From assembly GCA_034670305.1 (NCBI GenBank), contig JAXMNT010000019.1, forward strand, positions 64,001 through 128,000: DNA of 64,000 nucleotides, given 5' to 3'. The notes below the pieces were generated by a model. That model searched no databases and was not told the origin of the DNA. It saw nothing but the letters and a program-made list of their open reading frames with translations. Position 1 is the first letter of the stretch, and each line of letters opens with the position of its first letter. The translations under genes were made by a program, and so were the position numbers. Of this stretch, positions 60,520 to 64,000 are shown one piece after another. The DNA comes from Deltaproteobacteria bacterium. Its GTDB lineage: Bacteria; Myxococcota_A; Polyangia; Polyangiales; Houyiibacteriaceae.

Positions 60520-61748
<1,229 letters not shown>

Positions 61749-61752
<4 letters not shown>

Positions 61753-63506
61753 GAGAGTGGCTTCAAGTTCGCTGCAACATCGGTTCGGTAGGCCTTGAGC
61801 GCCGGCACCAGCCCGGCAAGTGCCCCGCCCAGACACACGACCAGCACCACCGCCGCTTCGATGGGAAGGAACGTGAAGGCGTCGGGACGGAACCCGGCCG
61901 CTTCTTCGACGCGTGTGCTGGCCACTGCCACGAGCATGTGGCCGAGCACCACACCGAGCAAGGCTCCGCGTAACGTCAAGACCGCGGCCTCGCCGACGAT
62001 CGCACCGAACACCGTCCTTCGGCTCGCGCCGATCGCGCGGAGGATCGCCACCTCCCTTCGGCGCTCGTTCATCGTGTTGTAGATGGCGACCAAGATGGAG
62101 AGCACACCGAGGATGACGACCAAGATGCTCACCATCAGGAAGAGCACATCCACGCTGCCCACGATGCTGAAGAGGTTGCGGATCTGTTCGCTCACGTCCG
62201 CGACCTGGATCTCCGGTTCCCGGTTCAGACGCGACAAGAGCATGCCCTTGTGCACCCCGCCCCGCGGGAAGATGAGCACCGAACTCAGCCCTGCTTCGTT
62301 CGTCCCCGGAATCAGCGCCCCGCCCGCGTGTTCTTCGATCGCGAAGAAGCTGTCGAGGTTGATGAAGACGACCTTGTCCACCGGGGTGCCGGTCTCCTTC
62401 AGGATGCCGACGACGGTCCAGAAGTGTTCGTGGTCGTGGGCGTGTCCACCCTCCACCCCGTGGGTGGGTTCGATCTCCGCGCCGACCACGATGCCGAGCG
62501 CGCGCGCGACTTCGGCGCCGACAACCGCTTCGAAGACCCCATGGCTTCCATGGTCGTGGCCATGGTGCCCGTGGTCGTCGTGGTCGTCGTGGCCGCCGTG
62601 GTCGTCGTGGCCGTCGTGGTCGTCGTGGTCGTCGGTGTGTTCGTCGGCGTGTTCGTGTTCGTCGGCGTGTTCGTGTTCGTCGGCGTGTTCGTGTTCGTCG
62701 GCGTGTTCGTGTTCGTCGCCGTGTTCGTCGGCGTGTTCGTGTTCGTCGGCGTGTTCGTGTTCGTCGGCGTGTTCGTGTTCGTCGGCGTGTTCGTGTTCGT
62801 CGGCGTGTTCGTGTTCGTCGGCGTGTTCGTGTTCGTCGGCGTGTTCGTGTTCGTCGCCGTGTTCGTCGCCGTGTTCGTGTTCGTCGCCGTGTTCGTCGCC
62901 GTGTTCGTCGCCGTGTTCGTCGCCGTGTTCGTCGCCGTGTTCGTCGCCGTGTTCGTCGCCGTGCTCGTCGCCGTGTTCGTCGCCGTGTTCGTCGCCGTGC
63001 TCGTCGCCGTCGCCCGTGTGTTCGCCGAGTCCGGTGGCGCCGACGGAGCGCAACGTCTCGAACAGACGGGCGCGGTCGAACGTGAACGGACGGCCGGCCG
63101 AGAGTTTGTCGGCGCCCTCCCCTTCGGGATGCGGGAAGTGCTCGTCGAAGAGCGCGTCGGTCGTCGCCACGACGCGGTACCCACGGAAGGAGTCACCAAG
63201 CGCGTAGGGCACCGCCATCGCGACGGAGTCGTCGTCCTCGAGCTCCAGCCACCGGCGCATCGGCATCAGACCGGGGCTCTGGTCCATGTGGTAGACGGCG
63301 TTGAGCACGAGCTGCAGCGCGGAACCCGGCGCGCCGATCACGATGGAATAGCCCTCGCCCGGCTTGAGAAAGTGCCGCTCCATCTGGTCCTGCAAGAGCA
63401 AGATCCCGGTGACGAGCATCACGCCGAGCGCGACGCTGAGCGAGGTCAGCGCCGACGAGAGCCGTCGCTGCTGGATCTGTCGGAGGATCAGCTGCCAGAC
63501 ACTCAT
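61749..63506 (-). CDS. ABC transporter permease (MacB/FtsX type) with long His/acidic insertion
   Basis: GAPGSALQLVLNAVYH, ALGDSFRGYRVVAT and MNERRREVAILRAIGA; (DEHG)n/(DEHEHA)n insertion. Confidence 0.92.
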
Positions 63507-64000
63507 TGGCTCAACTCCTCGAGCTCGACCACGTCGTCGAAACGCGCCGTCACCCGCTCTTCGTGGGTGACCAGCACCAGCGTGGCGCCCTCTTCGGCCA
63601 CCACTTCGTCCAGCAGCTTGAGCACTTCATCGGACCGCTTGCCGTCGAGGTTCGCCGTCGGCTCGTCGGCCAGCACCACTTTGGGTTCGTTGATGAGTGC
63701 ACGGGCGATGCCCACGCGCTGCTGCTCACCCACCGAGAGCGTCCCGGGCCGAGCACCCATGCGGTGACCGAGGTCCACCCGCTCCAGGAGCTTCTGAGCC
63801 CGCTTGGTCGCCTCAGCGGTCGTGCGGCCGGCGAACGAACCAGCGAGCGCCACGTTCTCCCGCGCGGACAACGCCTGCAGCAGGTTGAAACTCTGGAAGA
63901 CGTATCCGATGTGCTGCGCCCGGTACTGGTCGATCTCCGGCTCACTCATCGTGCCGAAGTCGACGTCTCCGTGACGCACCGTGCCGGACGTCGGGGTGGT
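63503..64000 (-). CDS. ABC transporter ATP-binding protein (LolD/MacB type), 5' end outside the window
   Basis: IGYVFQSFNL, LSVGEQQRV, LADEPTANLD and VTHE. Confidence 0.93.
   Translation of the reverse strand, partial: TTPTSGTVRHGDVDFGTMSEPEIDQYRAQHIGYVFQSFNLLQALSARENVALAGSFAGRTTAEATKRAQKLLERVDLGHRMGARPGTLSVGEQQRVGIARALINEPKVVLADEPTANLDGKRSDEVLKLLDEVVAEEGATLVLVTHEERVTARFDDVVELEELSQ

Overview
This is a very GC-rich chromosomal segment, most likely myxobacterial. That assignment is inferred from an AgmX/PglI-like domain, a MYXO-CTERM-type sorting signal and many 'CGDDD' Cys-rich lipoproteins. It carries about 50 genes. Housekeeping or metabolic genes include an AlaX-type editing protein, ppk1, pyrG, a 3-hydroxybutyryl-CoA dehydrogenase, msrB, dinB, CoA-transferase A/B, rimK, hemH and yidD. 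There is also a GS-like/acyltransferase/GpsA-like/Fe-ADH operon, a His-rich ABC exporter-type operon with a DUF3299 gene, an ECF/NrsF pair, a sigma54 activator/TauE pair, and several secreted hydrolases and lipoproteins. I saw no rRNA, tRNA, CRISPR array or intact transposase. The most unusual content is intergenic. About 13 hexamer-period microsatellite tracts occur, 10 of the 11 GGCnTC-type tracts on the same strand. Two loci hold four-helix-bundle (bAvd/IVS-like) genes bracketed by such tracts. Both genes are preceded by the same ~130-160-nt covarying multi-branched hairpin, which carries -35/-10-like hexamers in the geometry of a single-stranded-DNA promoter. Three further loci look like empty cassettes. 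Several palindromic miniature elements are present, two of them nested in the decayed second cassette. Other notable items are a stand-alone AEP-like primase domain in the ppk1 operon, an aminotransferase-GNAT-pseudo-aminotransferase fusion, and a GpsA homologue lacking catalytic residues. All family calls come from visual motif recognition, not database searches.
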